Assembly (NCBI GenBank): GCA_012797915.1 | Contig: JAAZOE010000393.1 | Span: 1 to 29,203, forward strand | Source of the DNA: Candidatus Zixiibacteriota bacterium | GTDB taxonomy: Bacteria > Zixibacteria > MSB-5A5 > GN15 > JAAZOE01 | Length of the DNA stretch: 29,203 nucleotides | Direction: 5' to 3' | In this document: positions 7,474 through 16,101 of the stretch, piece by piece | Layout: each line of letters opens with the position of its first letter | How positions within the stretch are numbered: position 1 is the stretch's first letter | The notes under the pieces: generated by a model | Told to the model about the DNA's origin: nothing | The model's database searches: none | What the model saw: the letters and a program-made list of their open reading frames with translations, nothing else | Program-made: the position numbers and the translations under genes

Positions 7474-7839
7474 CTAGGGCATCAGCGTTTTCGGGTGGTC
7501 CAGCATCGCCCCGACAATGTCGCGCATGTCCGTGGCCGTCCCCACGACCAGCTTATCGCGACGTTTGTAGTATTCCAGACAGGTCGTACAGGAAGCCACT
7601 GTCGAGCCCCGCTCCACAAACTGCTTCAACTGCTCCTCCACCGGCGACCCCTCCGTCGACAGAAAAATTCCGCTGTTGACGCAGATGATCCGGGCCGGAA
7701 CCGTTCCCGATTCCAACAACATGGTCAGAAACGATTTGATCAGCCGTTCTCCCAGGTCCGGCTCACCATCCCCCAACCAGGCCGATTTGAGCAGAAGCAG
7801 CATATCTTTGTCCACACCCACGATGACACTCCTTGACAC
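7474..7839 (-). CDS. YedF-like / DsrE-family sulfur-selenium relay protein (DsrE domain only)
   Basis: LLKSAWLGDGEPDLGERLIKSFL, IICVNSGIFL, ASCTTCLEYY and VGTATDMRDIV resemble the C-terminal domain of YedF. Confidence 0.8.
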   Translation of the reverse strand: MSRSVIVGVDKDMLLLLKSAWLGDGEPDLGERLIKSFLTMLLESGTVPARIICVNSGIFLSTEGSPVEEQLKQFVERGSTVASCTTCLEYYKRRDKLVVGTATDMRDIVGAMLDHPKTLMP

Positions 7840-8084
7840 GACGTGACGGCGTTTAGATTTCCGCCAATTAACGCCTCCGTCGGGCCGGGGTCAAGCCTCT
7901 TCGGCGGATTTTTGGCTCCTCTCCCCCGCCGCCGGAAGATCGACCGCAATTGCCAACAACTTTTCGGCTGATTTTTCGTCTTTAGATACTAACGCCCGCC
8001 GACCGACAGGCGCGCCGGTCGGTCTTTGCCGCCGCGGAGAAAGTGGCTGTACAGCCTGAGCGTCTGGATGAAAGAGGAGAGACC

Positions 8085-10817
8085 ATGAAATCACTGGGTA
8101 GGCGCACGATCGTGATCGTGGCGATGCTGGCCTTTGCCGCCGGGATCGTTTCCGCCGGCGACTTGCCGGAAATCAAGTATGAGAAATACGAATTGCCCAA
8201 CGGCCTGGACGTCATCCTGCATGAGGACCATTCCATACCGATGGTTTCCGTGAACGTCTGGTACCACGTGGGATCGAAAAACGAAAAACCGGGCAAAACC
8301 GGGTATGCCCATCTGTTCGAGCATATGATGTTTGAGGGTTCCCAGCATCATCCGGTGGAATTCGACGACGGCATCGTCAAATACGGCGGTATCGACAACG
8401 GCTCGACCACCGAGGACCGCACCAACTACTGGGAAAACATGCCCAGCAACTACCTGGAAAAGGCCCTCTGGCTGGAGGCCGACCGGATGGGGTACCTGCT
8501 GCCGGCGCTGGATTCCGGCCGTCTGGTCAACCAGCGCGACGTGGTGAAAAACGAACGCCGCCAACGGGTGGACAACCAGCCCTATGGCCGGGTGGATGAA
8601 CTTTCCCGCACCCTGCTGTATCCCAAAACCCATCCGTATTCCTGGCCGGTCATCGGCAGCATGGCCGACCTGTCGACGGCCACGGTGGAGGACGTGTCGG
8701 ATTGCTTCCGCACCTATTACTCCCCCAACAACGCCTCCCTCTGTATCGCCGGCGATTTCGACCCGGCCCAGGCCAAAGCCTGGGTGGAAAAATATTTCGG
8801 ACCGATTCCTCCGGGCCCGACCATCGACCGCCTGACCTCATGGGTCCCGGTCCTGACCGACGTTCGACGGGCGAAACTGGAGGATAATGTCAGCCTGCCG
8901 CGCGTGTATATCGCCTGGCAGACCCCGGCCAACTACGCCCCCGGCGATGCCGAACTGGATCTATTGGCCAGCGTGCTGTCCTCGGGAAAATCCTCGCGGC
9001 TGTACAAAACGCTGGTTTACGACCAGCAGGTCGCTCAGGAGGTTTACGCCTATCAGTATTCGCGCGAACTGGGCAGCACCTTCAATATCATCGCCACCGC
9101 CAAGAGCGGCGGATCGCTGGATGAACTCGAACGAAAGATCGACAGCATCTTGAAGGAAATCACCTCCAGGGGGGTAACCGCCGGGGAACTGGCGCTGGCC
9201 AAGACCGACTGGGAAACCGGGTTCGTCCGCGGCCTCCAGCAGGTAGGAGGGTTCGGCGGCCGGGCCGATCGTCTCAATTCCTACAATACCCAACTGGGCG
9301 ATCCCGGCAAGATGCAATGGGATTGCCAGAGGTACACCAACGCCACCGCCGAGGGGGTCCGCCGGTGCGCCCTGCAATATCTGAAACCGGACGGCCGCGT
9401 GATTATTCAGGTCTATCCGAAAGGGGAACTGGCCACCGCCGGGGACACGGCCGCCATGGCGTCCGAGCCGGGCGGCGCCGCCGAACCGTCGTTCACCCCT
9501 CCGGTGATTCAGAATGGCACGCTGGCCAACGGCATGAAGATCATGCTGGTGGAAAAGCACGACCTGCCGCTGGTGGAGGTCGATCTCCAGATCAACGCCG
9601 GCTGGACGGCCGACCCGGCCGACCGTTTCGGCGTCAGCGCCATGACCGCCGACCTGTTGACCGAGGGCACCAAGACGATGAACGCGCTTCAGGTTTCGGA
9701 TGAGGCCCAGCGTTTGGGCGCCCAACTGAACTCCTACAGCGGATACGATATCGCCACGGCCGGCGTCAACGTCCTGAAGAAAAACCTCGATCCGGCGCTC
9801 AAACTGCTGGCCGACGTCGTCCTGACCCCGACGTTCCCGGCGGCGGAACTGGACCGGATAAAGGAACTTAAACTGGGTCAGATTCAACAGGAATCGAAAC
9901 AGGCTCTGAACATGGCCCGCAAGGTCTTCGCCCGCGAGCTGTATGGCGCCGATCATCCCTATGGCGAACCGGGATCGGGTAACGGCACCCCCAGGAGTCT
10001 GGCGGCGATCACCCGCGATGATCTGGTTAAGTTCTACAATACTTGGTATATGCCGAACAACACCACGGCCATTGTGGTCGGCGACATCACCATGGCCGAG
10101 GCCAAAGCCAAACTGGAAAAGGCGTTCGGCGGATGGAAGGGCGGCACAACGCCGGTCGTGGCGTTGAAACCGCCTAAACCTATTGCCAAGACGACCATTT
10201 GCATCGTGGACAAACCGGGCGCGGCCCAGAGCGCGATCGTTCTGGGGAACGTGGCCTTGCCGACGGCGGAACCCGATTTCCTGCCGACCGTTGTGGCCGT
10301 CCAGGTGCTGGGGGGCGGCAGTGCCGACCGGTTGTATTCGAATTTGCGTCAGGACAAGGGGTACACCTATGGCGCCTATTCCCGCCTGTCGTACCGCAAA
10401 GGCCCGGCGCCGTTCAACTGCTACGCCCAGGTGCAGACCGAGTTTACCAAGGAATCGGTGGCGGAGTTCGTCAAGGAAGTCCGCGGGATCACCGGCGAAC
10501 GCCCCATCACCGTTGATGAACTGACCAAGAACAAGGATAACATCATCAAGAGTTACCCGCAGAATTTCGAGACCTATTCCGGCATCGCCGGACAGATGGG
10601 CATCATCAACAGCCTCGGCCTACCGGAGGATTACTGGAATACCTACGTCAACGGCGTTCGCAACGTCACGGTTGACCAGGCGATGCGGATGGCCAGACAA
10701 TATATCCATCCCGACGCTCTGTTGATCGTGGTGGTGGGGGATCGTCAGAAGATCGAGCCGAGACTGCGCGAGTTGAACCTCGGCGAAATCGTCTTCCCCC
10801 CGGTGGATGACATTTGA
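8085..10817 (+). CDS. M16 family zinc protease (pitrilysin-like, fused two-module form), exported
   Basis: SD GAGGAG, signal peptide, WYHVGSKNE...GYAHLFEHMMFEGS (HxxEH), NGSTTEDRTNYWE, VVKNERRQ. The second module lacks the Zn motif. Confidence 0.95.
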   Translation: MKSLGRRTIVIVAMLAFAAGIVSAGDLPEIKYEKYELPNGLDVILHEDHSIPMVSVNVWYHVGSKNEKPGKTGYAHLFEHMMFEGSQHHPVEFDDGIVKYGGIDNGSTTEDRTNYWENMPSNYLEKALWLEADRMGYLLPALDSGRLVNQRDVVKNERRQRVDNQPYGRVDELSRTLLYPKTHPYSWPVIGSMADLSTATVEDVSDCFRTYYSPNNASLCIAGDFDPAQAKAWVEKYFGPIPPGPTIDRLTSWVPVLTDVRRAKLEDNVSLPRVYIAWQTPANYAPGDAELDLLASVLSSGKSSRLYKTLVYDQQVAQEVYAYQYSRELGSTFNIIATAKSGGSLDELERKIDSILKEITSRGVTAGELALAKTDWETGFVRGLQQVGGFGGRADRLNSYNTQLGDPGKMQWDCQRYTNATAEGVRRCALQYLKPDGRVIIQVYPKGELATAGDTAAMASEPGGAAEPSFTPPVIQNGTLANGMKIMLVEKHDLPLVEVDLQINAGWTADPADRFGVSAMTADLLTEGTKTMNALQVSDEAQRLGAQLNSYSGYDIATAGVNVLKKNLDPALKLLADVVLTPTFPAAELDRIKELKLGQIQQESKQALNMARKVFARELYGADHPYGEPGSGNGTPRSLAAITRDDLVKFYNTWYMPNNTTAIVVGDITMAEAKAKLEKAFGGWKGGTTPVVALKPPKPIAKTTICIVDKPGAAQSAIVLGNVALPTAEPDFLPTVVAVQVLGGGSADRLYSNLRQDKGYTYGAYSRLSYRKGPAPFNCYAQVQTEFTKESVAEFVKEVRGITGERPITVDELTKNKDNIIKSYPQNFETYSGIAGQMGIINSLGLPEDYWNTYVNGVRNVTVDQAMRMARQYIHPDALLIVVVGDRQKIEPRLRELNLGEIVFPPVDDI

Positions 10818-10840
10818 GCAGCAGCGCGTTTCGGTAGATT

Positions 10841-10883
10841 GTAGAGCCGGGTGGCACCCTCAAGCCTTGGGCGCGAGGGTGTC
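10841..10883 (+). repeat. REP-like palindromic element (single copy in window)
   Basis: GTAG at 10841 followed by stem GGCACCCTC (10853-10861) / GAGGGTGTC (10875-10883) with an inner GCC-TTG-GGC hairpin. Confidence 0.3.
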
Positions 10884-10923
10884 GGAAAGGCATATCAAGC
10901 TTCTCTCGGTATCACACACCCCG

Positions 10924-10970
10924 AAGGCGGCCCGAGTCCCAACCTGCTCTCTGGGCCGCCTTTACCTTTT
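10924..10970 (+). terminator. Rho-independent terminator for the M16 gene
   Basis: AAGGCGGCCC / GGGCCGCCTT 10-bp stem followed by TACCTTTT. Confidence 0.6.
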
Positions 10971-11047
10971 CATCCATCCAATTCCGATCACTCGATAGAG
11001 CCGTCGCCCCCAATGCTCCAGCGATTTCCACCGCATATAGTTTTTCC

Positions 11048-11518
11048 TCACCGGTTCAGGCGCCAGAGAGTGAACGTCAGCACCGAGGCAAAGGCCACCC
11101 AGGCGGCATAGGGAATCAGCAATATCCCGGCGGTCGTATTCTTCGGCCAAAAGGCGATTATCGTCGCCACGATCGACAGCCAGAGCACGACAATTTCGGC
11201 AAACGCCGCGGCCGGATTATGCAGGCCGAAGAATATCCAGGTCCAGAGACCATTAAGCAGGAGCTGGAAAAGGAATAATCCCAACGCCGGTCCAGCCCGC
11301 CTGAATCCATACTGCCGCCATACCAGCCACGCGGCCGTCCCCATCATAGCGTATAAAATCGTCCAGACCGGCCCGAATACCCAACCGGGCGGATTCCACG
11401 TCGGTTTATTGAGCGTCGCATACCATTCGCCGGGCACGAACCTTCCGGAGACAGCCGCCACGACGAAACAAAGGGCGATCCACCCAATCAATCCCAGAAT
11501 CGACTGCATTTTGGTCAT
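11048..11518 (-). CDS. tspO: TspO/MBR tryptophan-rich sensory protein
   Basis: WYATLNKPTWNPPGWVFGPVWTILYAMMG, QLLLNGLWTWIFFG and LLIPYAAWVAFASVL. SD GAGGAG precedes ATG 11518. Confidence 0.95.
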   Translation of the reverse strand: MTKMQSILGLIGWIALCFVVAAVSGRFVPGEWYATLNKPTWNPPGWVFGPVWTILYAMMGTAAWLVWRQYGFRRAGPALGLFLFQLLLNGLWTWIFFGLHNPAAAFAEIVVLWLSIVATIIAFWPKNTTAGILLIPYAAWVAFASVLTFTLWRLNR

Positions 11519-11583
11519 CGATATTCTCCTCTGCAATACCTCAACCGGTCAACCGCCCAATGGTTCCCGCGTGGGAAACACTC

Positions 11584-11612
11584 TTGACGGAAACGAAGGC
11601 CGATGGTATACT
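11584..11612 (+). promoter_or_regulatory. Sigma70 promoter for the radical SAM gene
   Basis: TTGACG-N17-TATACT with an extended -10 TGg. Confidence 0.75.
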
Positions 11613-11653
11613 GGTCGGGCGCTGAATACCGAACAGACAACAGGTGGTCATCC

Positions 11654-13087
11654 ATGAGCGGCAAGTCCGGCCCGTCGATTCTCGTGTTGTTTCCGTCATC
11701 GTATTACTACCCTGGCGGCCTGCCGCGGGATGAAATCAAGTCCTCGCCGCTGACCCTAGCCTCGTACCTGTCGCAATTTTTCCCGGTCGAATACGCCGAT
11801 TTCGAGTTCTCCATCGGACGCCCGGAAACCAACATCCAGATTCGACGGTTCGAACGAAAAGCACGGGAATTTTTCGCCGCCCGGACGTTCGATATCCTGG
11901 CCCTTTCCTGCTGGACCACCGTAGGGTACCAGGCCACCATGGCCGCGGCGAAGATCGCGCGGGAAGTTCACCCCGGGGCGTTAATCGTCGTCGGCGGGTA
12001 TCACCCCACCGCCCGGCCGGATGATTTCCGGGGACCGGACTCTCCGGTCGATTATGTCATCCGCGGCGAGGGGGAACTGGCCCTTCGGGAAATCGCCGAG
12101 GGGTTGGCCTCGGTTGGACGGCCATCACAGACCCGCGAAGTAATCGGTGCGCCGTTGACCGCGGATGACCTGGCCGTAATCGACTGGGATCTGATCGATG
12201 AACTGATCCAGACGACCTTCCCCGACGGGTTGAGCATGCTGACCACGTACCTTTCGCGCGGTTGTCCGTTCGAGTGCACGTTCTGCGTGGAGTCGCTGAA
12301 GAACCGCACCTGGCGGGCGCTCCCCACCGCGCAGGCGATAGAGCAGGCCCGGCAGGCGATGCGCCGATTTTCCATCCACGGCCTCGGGTTCGGGGATGCC
12401 TGTTTCGGCCTGCAGAAGAGCTGGCGCAAGGAGATGATCCAGCTTCTGGCGGCGGAGAGACCCGAATGCTGGATACTGTTCGAGACCCGGCCGGAATTTT
12501 TGGATGAGGATGATATCAAGCTCCTTTCGCAGATGAAAGTGGAAATCCAGTTCGGGGTCGAAAGCTGCTCGCCGGATATGCTCCGGATCATGAACAAGAC
12601 CACCCAGCCGGAAAAATTCCTGGCCAAGTTCCGGGAAACCAGCCATCGTCTGTCGGAATACGGCATCGTCCATGGCGCCAATCTTATCTTCAATCATCCC
12701 GGCGAGACGGAGAAGAGTCTCAAGGAGACGTTCGCCTTCATGGACGCCGAAGCAGCCCGCGGACCGTCATCGTTGATCTGGACCTGCCACAGCTATATGC
12801 ACTTTCCCGGCAGCGCCGTCGACCGCCATCAGGCGGAATACGAACGGCGGTACGGCGCGGTGTTCCACCAGCCCGAGTGGTGGAAGCAGGAGGGCAATCC
12901 ATTCACCGCCGCCCGGAAGGTGACTCCATCGCACGATCTGTCCGGCAGCCGTGCGGGAATGTGGCAGACGCTGTTCGATGCCCGTGAGGAGGCAATCAAG
13001 GATGCTCTGACTCCGACCGCCTTCAAGATAGCGGCTGACGCCCTCTATCCTGATTGGAGGAACGATCTTCGGTATCCGCCGGCGTGA
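11654..13087 (+). CDS. Cobalamin-binding radical SAM enzyme (class B methyltransferase-like)
   Basis: N-terminal B12-binding-like segment (DILALSC...ALIVVGGYHPT...DYVIRGEGE), SRGCPFECTFC (CxxxCxxC), FGVESCSPDMLRIMNK and PGETEKSLKET. Confidence 0.92.
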   Translation: MSGKSGPSILVLFPSSYYYPGGLPRDEIKSSPLTLASYLSQFFPVEYADFEFSIGRPETNIQIRRFERKAREFFAARTFDILALSCWTTVGYQATMAAAKIAREVHPGALIVVGGYHPTARPDDFRGPDSPVDYVIRGEGELALREIAEGLASVGRPSQTREVIGAPLTADDLAVIDWDLIDELIQTTFPDGLSMLTTYLSRGCPFECTFCVESLKNRTWRALPTAQAIEQARQAMRRFSIHGLGFGDACFGLQKSWRKEMIQLLAAERPECWILFETRPEFLDEDDIKLLSQMKVEIQFGVESCSPDMLRIMNKTTQPEKFLAKFRETSHRLSEYGIVHGANLIFNHPGETEKSLKETFAFMDAEAARGPSSLIWTCHSYMHFPGSAVDRHQAEYERRYGAVFHQPEWWKQEGNPFTAARKVTPSHDLSGSRAGMWQTLFDAREEAIKDALTPTAFKIAADALYPDWRNDLRYPPA

Positions 13088-13115
13088 TTATCGCTGAGGG
13101 ATCGGCGGAGGCGTT

Positions 13116-14381
13116 CTATTTCACGCCGAGTTTCGACAGCACCTGCACGGCGTTGGTGTTCTTCGGATTCAGCTCGAGCGACTTTTTGTAATGTATGACC
13201 GCCCGCGCCGTATCCCCCCTGGCCAGCAAGGCCTCGCCGTAGCTGTCATAGACGTTGAACGACGCCGGATAGGCCTCGACGTTCAGGCGGAAGATCGTCG
13301 CCGCCTCATTGATTAATCCCCGTGACAGCAGTTGATATCCCAGCGTGTTCATCCCCTCTTCGCCGAAATCGAAATCGTCGGGGCGCTCCTTCTTCAGTCG
13401 ATGATACTGCTCCACCGCCGGGCCGATTCCCTGAGCCACAATCATCGCCGTCAACGGCACGGCAATCGGCGGTTTAAGTTTGCCGGCGGACGCGGTCGTT
13501 TCCCGATACAGAATATCGGTCAGATAGTCTACCGTGGTCGTGGCCCAGGGGCCGTTCCAGGACGCCCAGGCGCCCAGCAGTTTTTCCGTCTTCATCTGCT
13601 CGGCGGTTTTCCCGGCGGCGGCCGCCCGACCGACCAGGTCGGCCATCTGCGCCATGGCCGCATGGTACTTTTCCAGATCGGCGCGGGAATAGACCCGCCC
13701 ATGACCGGCGATGTATTGCACCTCGGGCGGATAGGTATCGAGAAGCGTTTGCAGATTCCTGATATATCCGGCGGGAGAACCAGATAGCGATAGATCGATG
13801 AACGGGATATTATCGGGGAAAATCAGGTCGCCGACGCAGACGACGCCGGAGCCGACGAAATGGACGATGAGGTCGCCGTCGGTATGCGCGTTGGGCACGT
13901 GTTTCAACCGCACCTCTTCGCCGTTGAACTTGATCGTAAGGGTATCGTCGAAGACCTTCGTCGGGGAATTGTCGTTGCGGATCGGCGGCAGAGAATAATA
14001 TCCTCCCCCGATATTGCCGGCGGCGTTGCGCTGGGCGATGATGACTGCGGAATCCTTGAAGACGAAGTTTCCGGAGGCATGGTCGTCATGAGCGTGGGTG
14101 TTGATCACTATCCGGACGCGGCCGTTTCCCAGCTTTTTCAGCGTATCGGCCAGTGCGGGGGCCGTCCTGGCCAGGCCGACATCGACCAACAGGAGGCCGT
14201 CGGGGCCCACGGAGACAGTTTGGTTGGTTTCGAACTCCGCCTTACAGGTGGTCTTGTAGATATGGTCGGCCAGTTTGGTGACCGTGACCTTGATGGACGT
14301 ATCTACCGGTGTTGCCGCTTGCCCGAAGACGACGCCTGCACCGCCGATGATAATCGCGGCCAGCAACAGCATATTCTTCAT
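13116..14381 (-). CDS. Exported metallo-beta-lactamase-fold hydrolase with C-terminal TPR
   Basis: Signal peptide, LLVD, INTHAHDDHASGN (HxHxDH), AHTDGD, VGDL and AGHG motifs. TPR tail NVYDSYGEALL...YKKSLELNP. SD AGGAGG. Confidence 0.9.
   Translation of the reverse strand: MKNMLLLAAIIIGGAGVVFGQAATPVDTSIKVTVTKLADHIYKTTCKAEFETNQTVSVGPDGLLLVDVGLARTAPALADTLKKLGNGRVRIVINTHAHDDHASGNFVFKDSAVIIAQRNAAGNIGGGYYSLPPIRNDNSPTKVFDDTLTIKFNGEEVRLKHVPNAHTDGDLIVHFVGSGVVCVGDLIFPDNIPFIDLSLSGSPAGYIRNLQTLLDTYPPEVQYIAGHGRVYSRADLEKYHAAMAQMADLVGRAAAAGKTAEQMKTEKLLGAWASWNGPWATTTVDYLTDILYRETTASAGKLKPPIAVPLTAMIVAQGIGPAVEQYHRLKKERPDDFDFGEEGMNTLGYQLLSRGLINEAATIFRLNVEAYPASFNVYDSYGEALLARGDTARAVIHYKKSLELNPKNTNAVQVLSKLGVK
13125..13292 (-). 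repeat. TPR tail, copy 1 (homologous to 14516-14683)
   Basis: 43/56 identical residues between the two tails (hand alignment), also visible at DNA level, e.g. TCGCCGTAGCTGTCATA. Confidence 0.85.
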
Positions 14382-14506
14382 GATTCCGACCTCCTGAATT
14401 CCGATGCCTGCAGACCTGCCCGAAAGGGCGAGTCACCGACTGCCTCATCCTGTCATGAAAGACGAAGATACATCGCCTCATGTCAAGCAACAAAAAGGAA
14501 TCATGG

Positions 14507-15739
14507 TTACCGGTCTCCCAGTCGTTTCAAGATCTGCACGGCATTGGCGTTATCGGGATTCAATTCCAGCGATTTTTTGTAGTTGGAAATGGCCGACGCC
14601 GTGTCACCCTTGGCCAGAAGCGCTTCGCCGTAGCTGTCATAAACGTTGGCCGATTGCGGATAGGCCTCGATGTTCAAGCGAAACAGCGCCAGGGTGCCGT
14701 CGATATCGCCGTTCTGCATATACTCATAGGCGGTCCCGTTCAGGCTCACTTCCGTAAACAGGACCGCCTCGGGATCGGCCGCCCGGCGGCGATGGTATTC
14801 CTCGATCGCCTTGTCCGCGCCGGAAGTTTGCAGGAGTTTGAAGAACGACACTCCCTGCAGAGATGTCCGCACGCGGGTATTGAACTCCTGCGGCTGTTCC
14901 ATCTGGACCAGATGTCCGGACTTGTTGATGATGACTCGCTCGGCGCCGGGGATGCCGGTCTCGAATACTCCCGAATGCGCGTGAACATCGGGGTGGTCGT
15001 ATTCGCCGACTACGACCAGCGCGGGGATTTTGATTTCATGCAGGTTCCCAAGCGCCGGACGGTCAGGCGGCAGAACCATCGCGCCGTGCTCTTCGAAGTT
15101 TTGCGGGTTTTGTTCCAGCAGTTGCCGGACCCGTTTCCTGGCGGCGGTGTTTTCGGCATAGGTTTCATAGGGGTCTTTTTCCGACCAATAGGTGATTGCC
15201 CTTTGCAGATCGACCATATCGGCCGCCGTTAAACGGCCGCCGCGGGTGTACATGTGGTCGGTGAACCCGTACCCGCTCACCACCGCCCCCACCAGGACAA
15301 TCGCCGTAACTTTCTACGGGTATTTCAGGGTGAAGTCGATGGTCAGTCCGCCGCCGGCGGACCCTCCCATCACCACCGCGCTGTCGATTTTCAATTGATC
15401 GAACAGCGCCTTGAGGTCCTCGATGTTGGAATATTTCTTTTCCGCTCTGGGGGAACGGCCGTAGCCTCGGCGGTCGTAGCGGACGACGCGGTGATCGCGG
15501 GAGAAGTCGGCGAATTGGTCATCCCAGGTCTCCCGGTGCAGGATGCCGTCGTGGACGAGGACGATCGCCGGTCCCTGGCCGGCTTCTTCATAAAAGAGTT
15601 TGCCGTCGGGGACATCGATGTAGCCGGATGTGATTTCCATGGAATTTCCTTTCGAAATGGCGGTCGATTGTGGTTGGGCCGATACGGCGGTGAGAAAGAG
15701 AAGCACAAAACATGATACCGAAGTGATGAAGTCACGCAT
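14507..15739 (-). pseudogene. Exported alpha/beta hydrolase plus TPR, interrupted by one in-frame TAG at 15314-15316
   Basis: SD GGAGGGG and ATG 15739 with a signal peptide. IVLVHDG, VVRYDRRGYGRS and VMGGSAGG (GxSxG) are followed by LKYP-TAG-KVTAIVLVG in the same frame, then VVVGEYD and SGHLVQME. The ORF track shows the two halves as in-frame ORFs 15314-15907 and 14507-15292. Confidence 0.85.
14516..14683 (-). repeat. TPR tail, copy 2 (homologous to 13125-13292)
   Basis: FRLNIEAYPQSANVYDSYGEALLAKGDTASAISNYKKSLELNPDNANAVQILKRLG. Confidence 0.85.
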
Positions 15740-16011
15740 CACACCCCTCCTGATTATGCAGTAATATGCCGGGCCTATCCTGGTGCGGCAATAATAATAG
15801 TCGTCGGTCGCTATTCTTATCTTGTCATTACGGGTTGCGGCCGAAAGGGTTGCATTGGCGGTAAATTGATAGTATGTGGGAGTTATCGCCCCGGCCGCAT
15901 GACGCAACCATGACTTGGAATCCGACCAAACATATACAAGGTTTTTTTCGCACCCCTAAAGGGGCGCGCCACCATTGATATAACCATACAAGAAACATCC
16001 ACGGTTTTCTA

Positions 16012-16040
16012 TTGACAAGACCTCCACAGGGGTGAATCTT
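16012..16040 (+). promoter_or_regulatory. Putative sigma70 promoter for purL-purQ
   Basis: TTGACA-N17-AATCTT. Confidence 0.55.
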
Positions 16041-16101
16041 TCGCCTTTACCGACCGGCGATGGAACCCGGCCGGAGGGATTATCCAAGAGGATGCGGCAC
16101 A

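Noticed and set aside
3541-13087. RiPP cluster made of the Cys-rich peptide, M16 peptidase and B12 radical SAM
   Set aside because: The genes are 4-8 kb apart, interleaved with unrelated genes and have separate promoters. The peptide and the protease have Sec signals whereas the radical SAM is cytoplasmic, and no RRE or transporter is seen.
15760-15907. Upstream extension of the hydrolase ORF and a GGGTTGC direct repeat (15832-15838, 15847-15853)
   Set aside because: The SD and signal peptide point to ATG 15739. The extension has no protein-like features and the 7-mer repeat may be chance.
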